A stretch of DNA of 64,000 nt from Oopsacas minuta (Eukaryota > Animalia > Porifera), in NCBI GenBank assembly GCA_024704765.1, contig JAKMXF010000177.1, positions 696,526-760,525 on the forward strand, written 5' to 3'. Of this stretch, positions 1-11,807 are shown piece by piece (position 1 is the first letter of the stretch; the number at the start of each line of letters is the position of its first letter). A program made the position numbers and the translations under genes. Under the pieces are notes generated by a model that saw nothing but the letters and a program-made list of their open reading frames with translations, ran no database searches and was not told the DNA's origin.

Positions 1-406
1 TACCACCCATAAGAAAACAGAAGTAAACAAAGGTAAATAACTAATATTTGAAGTTTATACCAAATGCAGCACACCATAAGGCTGTTGCCCCTCCAAACTC
101 ATATCCTGTGAAATCAGATTGAACTGTCATTGTGTATTCAAGATCCTAAACCTCTAGAAAATTCTTCAGGATATAGCTTACTATCATATTTTGACCTTTC
201 TGAGCAGCTAGAATTAACGAAGACCCCTTACTGACCTTAGTCTAGAATATATCCTTTGGATGTGTATTCTTTAGTAAAGTTGGTAGTTGAGACTTAAATA
301 ATGGAAATTTCCCTTTCGCTGCAGAATCCAATAATTCTTTATGTAACAATTCATCTGAGTATGTTGATGACGTTGTTATGTGACGTAGAAGATGGCTACT
401 TAACAT
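1..406 (-). pseudogene. FEM1-like ankyrin gene, copy 1 (5' part, runs off window start)
   Basis: ATG at 406 (MLSSHLL...ELLDSAAKG), then GATALWCAA ankyrin motif typical of FEM-1 family. 1-nt frameshift near 300 (also seen in copy 2). The 54-nt intron 1 (7-60) has its AG acceptor changed to GG. Confidence 0.75.
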
Positions 407-502
407 TTCTAATTGAAAGTTCTACAAGTAAAATAGCCAATTTTGTAAATATTCAGTAAATAGAATACGATAGAGAAAGAGGGAAATAAATAAATAATTA
501 TC

Positions 503-1328
503 NNNNNNNNNNNNNNNNNNNNNNNNNNNNNNNNNNNNNNNNNNNNNNNNNNNNNNNNNNNNNNNNNNNNNNNNNNNNNNNNNNNNNNNNNNNNNNNNNN
601 NNNNNNNNNNNNNNNNNNNNNNNNNNNNNNNNNNNNNNNNNNNNNNNNNNNNNNNNNNNNNNNNNNNNNNNNNNNNNNNNNNNNNNNNNNNNNNNNNNNN
701 NNNNNNNNNNNNNNNNNNNNNNNNNNNNNNNNNNNNNNNNNNNNNNNNNNNNNNNNNNNNNNNNNNNNNNNNNNNNNNNNNNNNNNNNNNNNNNNNNNNN
801 NNNNNNNNNNNNNNNNNNNNNNNNNNNNNNNNNNNNNNNNNNNNNNNNNNNNNNNNNNNNNNNNNNNNNNNNNNNNNNNNNNNNNNNNNNNNNNNNNNNN
901 NNNNNNNNNNNNNNNNNNNNNNNNNNNNNNNNNNNNNNNNNNNNNNNNNNNNNNNNNNNNNNNNNNNNNNNNNNNNNNNNNNNNNNNNNNNNNNNNNNNN
1001 NNNNNNNNNNNNNNNNNNNNNNNNNNNNNNNNNNNNNNNNNNNNNNNNNNNNNNNNNNNNNNNNNNNNNNNNNNNNNNNNNNNNNNNNNNNNNNNNNNNN
1101 NNNNNNNNNNNNNNNNNNNNNNNNNNNNNNNNNNNNNNNNNNNNNNNNNNNNNNNNNNNNNNNNNNNNNNNNNNNNNNNNNNNNNNNNNNNNNNNNNNNN
1201 NNNNNNNNNNNNNNNNNNNNNNNNNNNNNNNNNNNNNNNNNNNNNNNNNNNNNNNNNNNNNNNNNNNNNNNNNNNNNNNNNNNNNNNNNNNNNNNNNNNN
1301 NNNNNNNNNNNNNNNNNNNNNNNNNNNN
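503..1328. other. Assembly gap (N-run)
   Basis: 826 consecutive N. Confidence 1.
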
Positions 1329-1337
1329 CGGGTACCA

Positions 1338-1682
1338 ATGAAGGATCCAACTCAGTTTTGGCGGTCCAGTGTCTTAACACGTCTGCGCACCTGTGCAACG
1401 ATAATTTTCTCGCCACCAATATCTTCTGCAGCCGTGGAGAGGTTGTTCAGCCAGGCCGGCAACCTACTTTCAAAAATGAGAAAGAGAATGTCACCGGCGG
1501 TCTTGAAGAAATTAGTATACATCAAATACCAGAAAATGTATACCACAATAATCAAGAAGCTGGGAATTTTAATCGAGCCTAAGGAAGTTGCGATGATAAT
1601 CAACAATGAGCCCATGTCCCTGTCATTTGAAGACGATAGTGATATCGAAGAGTTTATGAATGACAGTTTACATAATATCTAG
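1338..1682 (+). mobile_element. hAT transposase C-terminal dimerisation domain (5' part lost in gap)
   Basis: FW...PISSAAVERLFSQAGNLLSKMRKRMSPAVLKKLVYIK matches the hATC dimerisation motif. Confidence 0.85.
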
Positions 1683-1716
1683 AGCTTCAGTATAACGTTT
1701 AGTATATGAATAGATT

Positions 1717-2249
1717 CAGGGTTTCATCCAGGCGCGTATTTTAAAAAGATATTATAGTTAAGCGCGTGAAAATTTTAACAGCTAGGCGCATGGACGCGCC
1801 TAGGTTAATATCGACAAATAATTCAATGGGTTACGTCCAGGCTTCCATCCAGGAGCGCCACGCGCGCCTACAGGCGTGTATTTACAAAAAATTTGTATAG
1901 TTAGGCGCAAGAAAATTTTGAGAGTTCGACGCGTGTCACGCTCCTATGCTAGGCGTGCTGTATACGCCTAATTCCGATGAGTAATTTAATGGGTTACGTA
2001 AGAATCATAAAGGTCAGAGAGACAATGAATAAATAAGAATATACAATGTTAGGTCAATAGTTACTTATTTAAAGTGAAAGATTCTAGATGACACCTCTGG
2101 AATGTAGTATTAACCGTATAATATGTAGTGGATGTAAGGTCTGCTTAAAATTTAAGTTTGATGCTTCGAAAATTCAAATAGTCTAGGCGCGTAATTAAAA
2201 TCGAGAACTCATTTAGGCGCGCTACATATAAAAGCTGGAAGAAACCCTG
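1717..2249 (+). mobile_element. Non-autonomous hAT element (MITE), 533 bp
   Basis: TIRs CAGGGTTTCATCCAG / CTGGAAGAAACCCTG (1 mismatch). Perfect 8-bp TSD AATAGATT at 1709-1716 and 2250-2257. Relatives at about 36510-36828 and 62816-63199. Confidence 0.93.
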
Positions 2250-2342
2250 AATAGATTTTCATTAGTAATCTACATCTACATAGCGGTTACCTGTACATAA
2301 CAGTCACTACTAGGCTTGAATGGCCGTTATAGACAAGATGTT

Positions 2343-5300
2343 CTAGGTCTTTGAAATATCCATGGATATGGATATAGATATGGATGGGATTTTTCTCATC
2401 GACGGCAAGCCTGGTATTTTGCTATTTATTAGTCCTTTTTGGGTGTACCAAGTAGAGATTCCTGAATCAGAGGATACTCCAGAAGTAGAGCTAACTTTAT
2501 GAGATATATTCGGACTACCGCCTATATACTCACCAGAAGCAGTATCATCAGGATCAGACAGGAAATGCCCGGATATACCAATAGGATTCTCGTATGTAGT
2601 GTTCTTAAAAGGAGAAGGTGAACGAGAGAGAGTGTGTGCTTCTGACGGATCAGGGTAGTAGGTCAAACCACGGTACAATTGATGTTCAGAATCAACCGAC
2701 TCACGGAAGGTCTCTTTCTCCGCATCCTCTATATTTTGTATCTTCACTTTAGCCACATTCTTCTTCTTATAAACCAAACAAACGATAAATAATATCGTAA
2801 ATACGATAATAAGAATAATGATAATGAAGGCTAATGAAGGTGTCCCTACAATTAGAAGTATCCTTCCTATAGGTAATACAGTAGGATCACTACTACACTC
2901 ATCAGATATAGTGTGTAAACAGTGTAGCTTAGATGGAAGAGACAATAGATCACCATCTGGTGTCAATAAAGTAATACCATCAGTAAATATAGGTTCTGAA
3001 TAACTACTATGATCTTGTATAGAAAATAAGCTGGAAATAGGAGGAAGAGACCGTGAGGAATGTAAGTAGATAAATACTTGTGTAGTGATAGAAATCGGGA
3101 GAAATAGATCAGTACTGACGGTATAGAGGGATGGATTTGATTCAGGACTCGCTTCAAATACAATTAAGCTGATTCCACCAGTATAAGTTTGAGATACGAA
3201 TGAACCTATACACAATTCCCAATTAGTATAATCAGATAGATCAGCCATACTGAATAATCCCAAATATACTTTAACTGTATCGAATTGTGTGTAAGGAGAG
3301 TGTTGTATGTCTGATAACTCAACTCTGATAGAGAGATGGCATACGTTAGTGGAATTGAAGGTTTCATAGAAAACTGGTAAAGGCAAAACACCGAAATGCG
3401 AGGAAAATAATCGACGAAAATCTTCGAAGATAACCACACCATCTGCAGTGACGTCATTCATATTTTGTACATAGAAGTGGACCAATCACGAATAACAAGT
3501 TCCACTTCATGAATAAATATTGTAGCAATTTCCAAATCTTTCCCCTATAGAAATGAATAATCAGCTAACCTCCAAACTTCATTAATAGCATCACTAAGAT
3601 ATTTTCATCCGTCAATTCCCTAATACTCAGCCTCCGCAATTGGTTCATTTCTTCAAATAAGTTTAGGCTAACACACTCATCTACATTGCTGTATTCCCAT
3701 ACTGGCTGATCAGCTGTGCATTCATATGGTGGAATACAAGTACCTGAAATTACCTCATACAAAGTATTTGGGCATTGCTTACGAATGGTTATACCAATGG
3801 GTGTATCTGGATATACAGTCCCAGTACTATCAAGAATACTAGGACATTTCAGCCCATCTATAGACGGTGTACAATCTGATCCAGTTGGAAAGAACCCCTG
3901 TAAACATTCGCAGAAATCCACCTAGAATGTTTTCACACTTTTGGGTCGATCCGCATAAATCAAGTGTAGCACACTCATTGATATCCACACACATTTTCTC
4001 CTTACAATCCTCAGTATAGTAGTAAGAAGGTTGTGTGAGATTGTTCGAGGAATATCCAGTAGGACAAACACAATTAAACCCACCTACAATATTCATACAA
4101 ACAGCTGGATACTGTCCACATGCTGGGTAATAGAAACTACACTCATTTATGTCTGTACAGGCAAAGCCATCACCCATGAAACCTTGTTTACACACACAAG
4201 TATAGCTGCCATATGCATTGGTACAGATTGTATCCACGTGACATGGAAACCCAAGACATTCATCGTTATCAAAACAAGGCCCAGGTTCAATTCCTTCAGC
4301 GAAAGCAGGTCTGTTACCAATACAGTGATCTACGTCACAAACTTCAGTGATCAGGTCGCACGAAGTATTTCCACATGGAATCCTCGTAAATCATACTCGC
4401 ATGTATCACTATTCAATACGCTTCCTACACCACATGTCAAGTTGCATACGTCACAATCCATACCTTGAAATGAGCTTGTACATTCACATATGTATATAGC
4501 GTTACCGTCCATACATAGTCCATTCACACAAGGATCAGGTATACAATTGTCAATCACCTCACTGCAGTTCTTAGCAGTGATATCAGGTACACAAATATAC
4601 ATATAATCATGTGGAGGTACATTAAGACAATCTATGGAAAATTCAGGGTCACAAGGATTAGGGTCGCATGCATCATCAACAACACACACACAGGGTATAT
4701 TTGGTCAATAAATATGTACGCTGTATCACAGTCACAATCGTATGTATTTGGGTGGGTAAGGTCAGTACAATTGCTACTAATTCCACACGGATCACAAGAA
4801 CATAAGTCTGCTTCCTGATCGCATAAGTCAACTGTCAGTGTACGAGGACATTGACACCCAGTGCAATTTGAATATGGACTAGTACAATGTTTGCAGTCCA
4901 GCCCACAGGTAGTACAACTAGAATCCTCCCAATACTCTCTACACAATCACATCCAGTACAAATGGTGTTGTGAAAGCCTTCGTTTCCACAGGTTATGCCA
5001 CAAACTGAGCAATCAAATCCTCCCCATGAGGTAATACAAGTACAGCCATGACAAGTTGAATTAGCCGTTCCAGCATTCAAACAGCTGGAAAATTCACAAG
5101 TACTGCAGTCGATACCAGTCCATCTCTCCACACAATTACAGCCATCACAAGTTGAATTTGGTGATCCACCATTCAAACAGCTCGTAAACCCACAAGTATC
5201 GCACTCATCACCACACCAATTCCCTACACAATCACATCCATTACAAGTTGAATTTACTTATCCACCGTTTTTACATACAATAGGACAAGTAGTACAATCG

Positions 5301-6163
5301 GTACCCTCCCACATGTTATTACAGTCATATGTATACACATTATCTCCTATACCATCAATACATAATCCCCCATCTTGGCAAGGAGTACCCAAGCAAGGAA
5401 GGTATTGGCTCTCGCATACAGTACCCAAATAATCAACAGCACAAATACAAGCACTACAATCTGTCCAAGTTGTTCCATTCTGGCCGATTAAATCACAGTT
5501 TGAGCAGTCAGGACCTGATCTATTCGGAGCACATAACACAAGTAGACTCAATATTATACACACAGTTCAAAGGACACATGGCACACACATTCCATCGAGA
5601 CTATATGAGCAACACTCTGATGCAGACTGTCTGTAGCAATAGCCTAATGAGGTATTAACACCAGCTCTAAGACAATCATCATGGCATTCCATACAACCGT
5701 ACATATCACTAGAGAATGGAGAGAAGTTAAGATTACATTCATAACAATCTACACGCAAATAAGAAGAATTTAGAAATACAGGGGGGTTATTAGGTACAGA
5801 AATAGTACCAGTGGTATTATCAACTATCCATATCCCCACGTTACAAATCAAAGACAATCGTGCATAGTAGTTCGCGTCATCTTCTATTACCAAGGTTAGG
5901 AAAATGTAGGTATACTTAGATGTATCATTCTGGTCTCTTACTGAACAGCTGTGATAGGAATCTACCATTGTAGGGGAGCCTCCTAATACTAACCCAATTG
6001 AAAAACCCTCTTTCATAGAATCATCTGGGAAATCACATTCAGCTGATGCTTGTAGACATGTGATGGATAGTAAAAGTATAAGAAAATACTTCAAAACGAG
6101 TCTGATGTTTTGAGTCAAACAAAAATCAACTAATATAAGAACACTAGTTATAAAAACCGGCAT
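2343..6163 (-). pseudogene. EGF-repeat / hormone-receptor-domain single-pass receptor, copy A (frameshifted)
   Basis: Pieces across frames: hydrophobic N-terminus (MPVFITSVLILV), Cys-rich region, many EGF/EGF-Ca repeats (DINEC, C..PC..G.C), HormR-like CPSILDSTGTVYPDTPIG...CP...C...W...DEC, then an open 380-codon segment (2343-3485) with one TM helix, KKK stop-transfer and a Tyr-containing tail. Several frameshifts lack GT-AG introns. Confidence 0.8.
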
Positions 6164-6977
6164 AATTATGGAGATCTGAAAACAATTTTCAGTACACCTC
6201 GAAGTATATCAGCTGATATACTTCCAGAAATTGTAAGTGCGCTGCATGCCTAGTAATAGTTAATTCAATCAAATAGCAGGATATTTCCTTTAAATACAAA
6301 AAATAATACATGCAAAATATAGTACAGCATGATAAATATTACAAACAAGTTCTCTAGTAAACAATACACACAAGTTCTTTAGTAAATATGCACAAAGGAG
6401 CAGGTTTAACTGGAGGAGAGAGAAATAGAAACGTATTCGTCACCTTTTGAAGGTGCTGTGCGATGAAAGTCAATAAAGGTGTGAAAAAACGCAGGTAGTG
6501 TTTCTGCAGATAGTTGGTACTCTACAATAATCCTTACGGACAGACAAGCTAGTCTTAAAGGGTAATACGATCTTAGTGCTAGATACTGTGGGGAAAGTTC
6601 GTTGATACAAGATTCCATAGGCGTTCGATTTGAGGGAGTAACAGAGTCTAAATGTGACCCAGCTTGTATTAACGCGTGGATAACAGAATCAGGAACTGTT
6701 TCTAACATACACGCTAAATGCAACGCGGTTAAACCGTCCTCATCTGAAATCTCTAACATATCTGGGGTAGATAGAGCAATGAATGCGTTCAATACATTTT
6801 CATATTTAAGAAAATACTTTGATTTCATAATAGAATGGAAAATAGGTTCATCTCTTGTTAATGGATGAAATAATAGCTGCAGTGCTTCTAACATCACAGG
6901 ATTTCTATAAACGACAGACTCGAAAGTAGTGAAAGATGGAAATTTCTCCAACCAAATATCAAGAAAAGTTAATACCC

Positions 6978-7231
6978 NNNNNNNNNNNNNNNNNNNNNNN
7001 NNNNNNNNNNNNNNNNNNNNNNNNNNNNNNNNNNNNNNNNNNNNNNNNNNNNNNNNNNNNNNNNNNNNNNNNNNNNNNNNNNNNNNNNNNNNNNNNNNNN
7101 NNNNNNNNNNNNNNNNNNNNNNNNNNNNNNNNNNNNNNNNNNNNNNNNNNNNNNNNNNNNNNNNNNNNNNNNNNNNNNNNNNNNNNNNNNNNNNNNNNNN
7201 NNNNNNNNNNNNNNNNNNNNNNNNNNNNNNN
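6978..7231. other. Assembly gap (N-run)
   Basis: 254 N inside FEM1-like copy 2. Confidence 1.
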
Positions 7232-7905
7232 AACAGTATACCTTGTGTATATACACTTGAAATATGCAGCAAACCTTTCCATTGTCATAACATCAGTATT
7301 GAACGCTGGCAATAGTGTATTTACTTGATGCAAGAGCATTTCAAATTCATCGATAGATGCTTGTGTTGGCATCCAACTTGTCTTCACGACAGCTTGTAAT
7401 AGCTGATACAATAGCTCACAACATCTCCAATAATACACAGAACCTTCACTATACAAGTGGTTGGTTAATCGAATCTTAAGATCACAAGATGTATAGTATA
7501 ATGGCCCGAATACTCTCTCGCTTATTAGCACACACTGAATGAGGTAGTTTTTCTGTGAAATATTATAAAAATCAGTTAATGTTCCAACTTCCTGTACACC
7601 CTCGTATAAATCTATAGCTGGTTTCCCGGGATAACCTAAATTGTGGATTTTTCTCAATTCAAGTGCTTTTCTCCAAAATTCAGTTACTTTAGAAGAAGGA
7701 TGATCACAGAATATCTCTACCCCTCTGACTAACCACATATCAACTTCACATTCCAGAGTACATTCAGGCTGTTTACTGAGATAATCCATTGCATATTCAT
7801 TGTGACATTTGGTAGCTACAAATAAATGACAGGGGGTTGATACACCTCTGGTACTGTGTAGTAAGGTATAGGAGGAGATGGAGATTGGGCTCTACATGGC
7901 CAGAT

Positions 7906-8062
7906 NNNNNNNNNNNNNNNNNNNNNNNNNNNNNNNNNNNNNNNNNNNNNNNNNNNNNNNNNNNNNNNNNNNNNNNNNNNNNNNNNNNNNNNNNNNNNNN
8001 NNNNNNNNNNNNNNNNNNNNNNNNNNNNNNNNNNNNNNNNNNNNNNNNNNNNNNNNNNNNNN
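7906..8062. other. Assembly gap whose flanks overlap (probably spurious)
   Basis: About 43 bp (AGGTATAGGAGGAGATGG...CCAGAT) occurs on both sides of the N-run. Confidence 0.9.
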
Positions 8063-9051
8063 AGGTATAGGAGGAGATGGAGATTGGGCTCTGCATGGCC
8101 AGATTATTTTAGCTCCGAGGTGGATTAATAGGTTGAATATCTCTTTGGATTCTCGTTCTATTGCTATGTGTAATAAGTCTATTCCTGCAGCTGTTGTCTG
8201 ACTGAGATCAGCTTTGCCACAAGTAACTGTATACAAATATATGGTAACTAATATTAAAGTATAATACAGTCAACTCCCAATATTCGAAACCCAAGGGATC
8301 GTGATAATTTCTTCGATATGACTGGGGTAATTTATGTTACTTTGACGGTTTCTACATATTACTTGCCGAGTAATCTAAGAGTATTTTCATTCTCTCTCAA
8401 TACAGCTACCATAAAAGGAGCCTGTCCTTCTTGATTAGCTATATTAATATCAGTTCCCTTATTCAGCAGATACATTATAACTTTCCCTCTATTATGATAA
8501 GACTCGGCTCTAAGCGGAGTAGAATTCGTTGCGTTTGAGTGGTTAATATTCCCCCCGGCTCCGATAAGTTCTCTTACAATAGTGACATTACAACCTATAA
8601 GAAAACAGAAGTAAACAAAGGCAATTAACTAATATTCGAAGTTTATACCTGATGCAGCACACCATAAGGCTGTTGCCTCTTTAATCTCATATCCTGTGAA
8701 TTCAGATTTAACTGTCATTGTGTACTCAAGACCCAAAATTTCTAGAAAATTCCTCAGGATATAGCTTGCTATCATATTTTGACTTTTCTGAGCAGCTAGA
8801 ATTAACGGAGATCCCTTATTGCCCTTAGGCTGGAATATATCTTCTGGATGTGTAGTATTTAGTATAGTTGTTAGGTGAGACTTAATACTGAAAATTTTCC
8901 TTTGGCTGCAGAATCCACTAATTCTTGATGTGACAATTCATCTGAGGTGGTTGACATTTCTAATTGAAAGTTCAACAAGCAAAATAGTCAATTTTGTCAA
9001 TATTCAGTATATAGAACACGATAGAGAAAGAGGGAAATATATACCCAATTA

Positions 9052-9854
9052 AACTGTCCGACAAATTTTCAGCATTTTTTGCTTTTGGAATACACTGTAG
9101 TGTCTCTCATGTATTCAAGCACCCTGATTCCAAATATCCAATCAGTTTTTCTCTATCAGGCAGAGATTTTGTAAAATTCGGAAATATACAAAATCATGTT
9201 TCCATAGATCTCTATAGAATGTATAATTGTATATGTATTAATACCTTCCGTATATATTGTCTAAGAATTCAAATTTTCTTAAAATATATAGAATATTATT
9301 TGCTCTTTCAAGAGGAGATTATCTGATTGTATTTGTATATATTTCTTTTCAATAATGTCTCGTTGATGTTCAAACCCAACAGATTCTGTCTGTTATATTT
9401 GTGGAGAATTTACTACCAAATTTCAGCTGAGAGACATGTCTCCCAATGTACACAAGGGATATGAGCAATATTTTGGTTGCAAGATTGGTGATCAAGATAA
9501 GCCTTGGATACCTCATTTGTGTTGCTCAAAATGTGCAATAGGACTTAGTAAATGGCTAAATGGCTCACGTACTTCAATGCAATTTGCTATTCCCATGGCA
9601 TGATATGGAGGGAACCAAGAGATCATTATACTGATTGTTATTTCTGTTTGACTGATATAATAGGAATCACTTCTAAGACCAAAAAGAATATATCTTATCC
9701 CAATCTTCAGTCTGCGATTCGTCCTGTTGAGCATTCTACAGAATTTACCTCCGCCTATGCCACCTGATAAAACAAGACTACCCCACATCATTAATCAAAG
9801 TGAGCTGAATGATTTGGTTAGAGACTTGAGTTTGACAAAAGATCAAAGTGAATT
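9052..9854 (+). mobile_element. Chapaev3-like (CMC superfamily) DNA transposon, 5' end plus decayed transposase N-terminus
   Basis: Terminus (A/C)ACTGTCC.ACAAATTTT after TTA. Degenerate ORF CYICG...GDQDKPWIPHLCCSKC...W...WREPRDHYTDCYFC fits the Chapa zinc finger. Superfamily assigned from recalled motif pattern, not a search. Confidence 0.75.
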
Positions 9855-9855
9855 N

Positions 9856-11807
9856 TATTACACCTGTGATATGATTCAGAACGAATACATCACTTGAGTG
9901 AGAGATTAAACTATAAGATATACTGCCTTCATTCCCTGTGTCTAAATTTGTTGCAGAAATACGACCAATAACTCCACCAGTATTAACAACATGTAAATGG
10001 TCAAAATAGTAATTTTGTTCAGAGAATTCAGGTGCATGCATGTTCCTAGGGGTAACACGTATTTCAAATGATGCAATAACGAAATTACCTCCAAGATCAG
10101 AAGCCTGTATCCTCAGGTAGTATAAGGAATTAACGTCAACACATGGTACTGTATTCAGGAAGAGTATCCCGATAATAGAGTTGATACTAAATACTGGATC
10201 AATATCACCGGATAATATCTTGTACGATAGAATATCTCCGTCTTTATCAATAGTTTCAACCTTGTAAATAGTCATGTATCTATCAGTGCCATCTTCTACA
10301 AACAGCTGATAGATAGAATGTGAAAATTCTGGTGATCAATCGTTCACATTTTCTATTTGTATAATAACAGTTACAAAGCTAGATTTACGGAAAGAAGAAT
10401 AAGCATTATCTGTTGCTGATAAGTCAAACGAGATTTCTACTGGATCTGTTTCAGCATCTAATAACGGAGTTAATACAATTATACCCGTAGTAGAATTCAC
10501 TATACAATAAATATTATACGAAATACTGTATGTAATATCCCCATTGATACCAGTATCCATATTAACAGCATTTGTTTGTAGAATAGAATTTCCAATTGAA
10601 GTTCCTTCTGGTATAGATATAGTGAAGTTATGTTGGGGAAATATTGGTGTGTGTAAATTGGCTGGAATGACGTTAATAATCACGATTGCACTATCTGTAT
10701 GTATAGAGTCATTTACTGATACAGTTATAGTTGGACTCTGAATAACCAATTCCTTTGCTACAAATATATCTCCAGTGAATGGGTCTATATCGAAGTAATC
10801 ACTAGTCGTGGTGAATTGGTATAAAAGAGTTGAGGATGTATCCACATCAGTTGCAATTATTCTACCAATAATACCAGCAACAATTGTATTATTTACTACT
10901 GTAAATATGTAGGTAGATTCGGCGAAAATAGCTGGAGAATCGTTCTCGTCTAAAACTACTATTTCAACAGGAAGTGTAGTGGATTTTCGTTGCCAGGGTG
11001 AAGCGTTATCTTCCGCAGTTATCACCAAACTCAATATTTGTATCTGTTCATAATGAAATAAATTAACAAGGGTTAGAACACCACTACTTTGATCAATAGG
11101 GATATAATAATTATCTGTAATAGTATAAGAAATTACCGCATTAGCTCCTATATCATTATCAGTTGCTGTTATCAGTAATACATCAGTTGAATAATTATTC
11201 TCTAGAATGTTAAATGAACCGTTTGAATTAGAGAATAATGGAGAGTACAAATTAGGTTCTTCTACAAAAATCGTCACTAAAGCTGTAGCAGTATATATCC
11301 CATCATTATATGATATTTCTATAGAATATTTACTAACCAAATTCAGCCCAAAGTCTTCTGTTAATCTGATAACACCATTCTCAGAGATTGTGAAAATAAA
11401 TGGATCAGATATAATAGCATAGGAGAAAGGCTAGTTGATGTTATTACGTCATCAATAATAAAAACTGTACCAATTGGGTTACCTGATTGGAAATTTGAAG
11501 CGAATATAAATGTATAATTAGTGAGAGAAAATTCAGGAATAAAATCGTTAATATCTTCAATGATAATATCAACAGAAATATCAGAATATCTGTATTCGAA
11601 TAGATTACCTGGGTTATATGCTAGAATAGTCAAAGTATACGAGTTCATTTCTTCAAAATCGAGTGAAGTTTTGACGAACAAAGCTCCATCATTAGAAATA
11701 TCGAATACTTCATGAATATTCCCTGTTGAAATGTAATACTCAATAATACCAGAGTCTCCAATGTCAAAGTCAACTGTTTTAAATTAATAGACAAGTTCAG
11801 CTGCACC
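9856..11807 (-). pseudogene. Cadherin-repeat gene fragment (Fat/Dachsous/protocadherin-like)
   Basis: Repeated cadherin motifs (EDINDFIP, LDENDSPA, ATD.D.G.N..I.Y.I, SLDFE). Several frameshifts. Both ends abut unrelated sequence. Confidence 0.85.

Larger units (their letters stand above)
6406..8957 (-). pseudogene. FEM1-like gene, copy 2 (near full length, two gaps)
   Basis: ATG 8957. Ankyrin motifs ATALWCAA, NSTPLRA, GQAPFMVA. Middle ...LIQCVLISERVFGP. C-terminal ankyrin DGLTALHLAC and BC/VHL-box-like PLRLACLSVRII. Introns 8595-8648 (GT-AG) and 8227-8366 (GC-AG). Frameshift near 8890. Confidence 0.8.

Noticed and set aside
409-1419. Long ORFs crossing N-runs (also those over 6929-7328 and 7797-8236)
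   Set aside because: They are open only because N codons are not stops.
2343-6163. Frameshifts as sequencing error, introns or programmed frameshifting
   Set aside because: Neighbouring housekeeping ORFs have no indels. The shifts are 1-2 nt without GT-AG boundaries, and most differ between the two paralogues.
7860-8105. Apparent tandem duplication inside FEM1-like copy 2
   Set aside because: The same 43 bp flanks both sides of an N-run, typical of an unmerged contig overlap.
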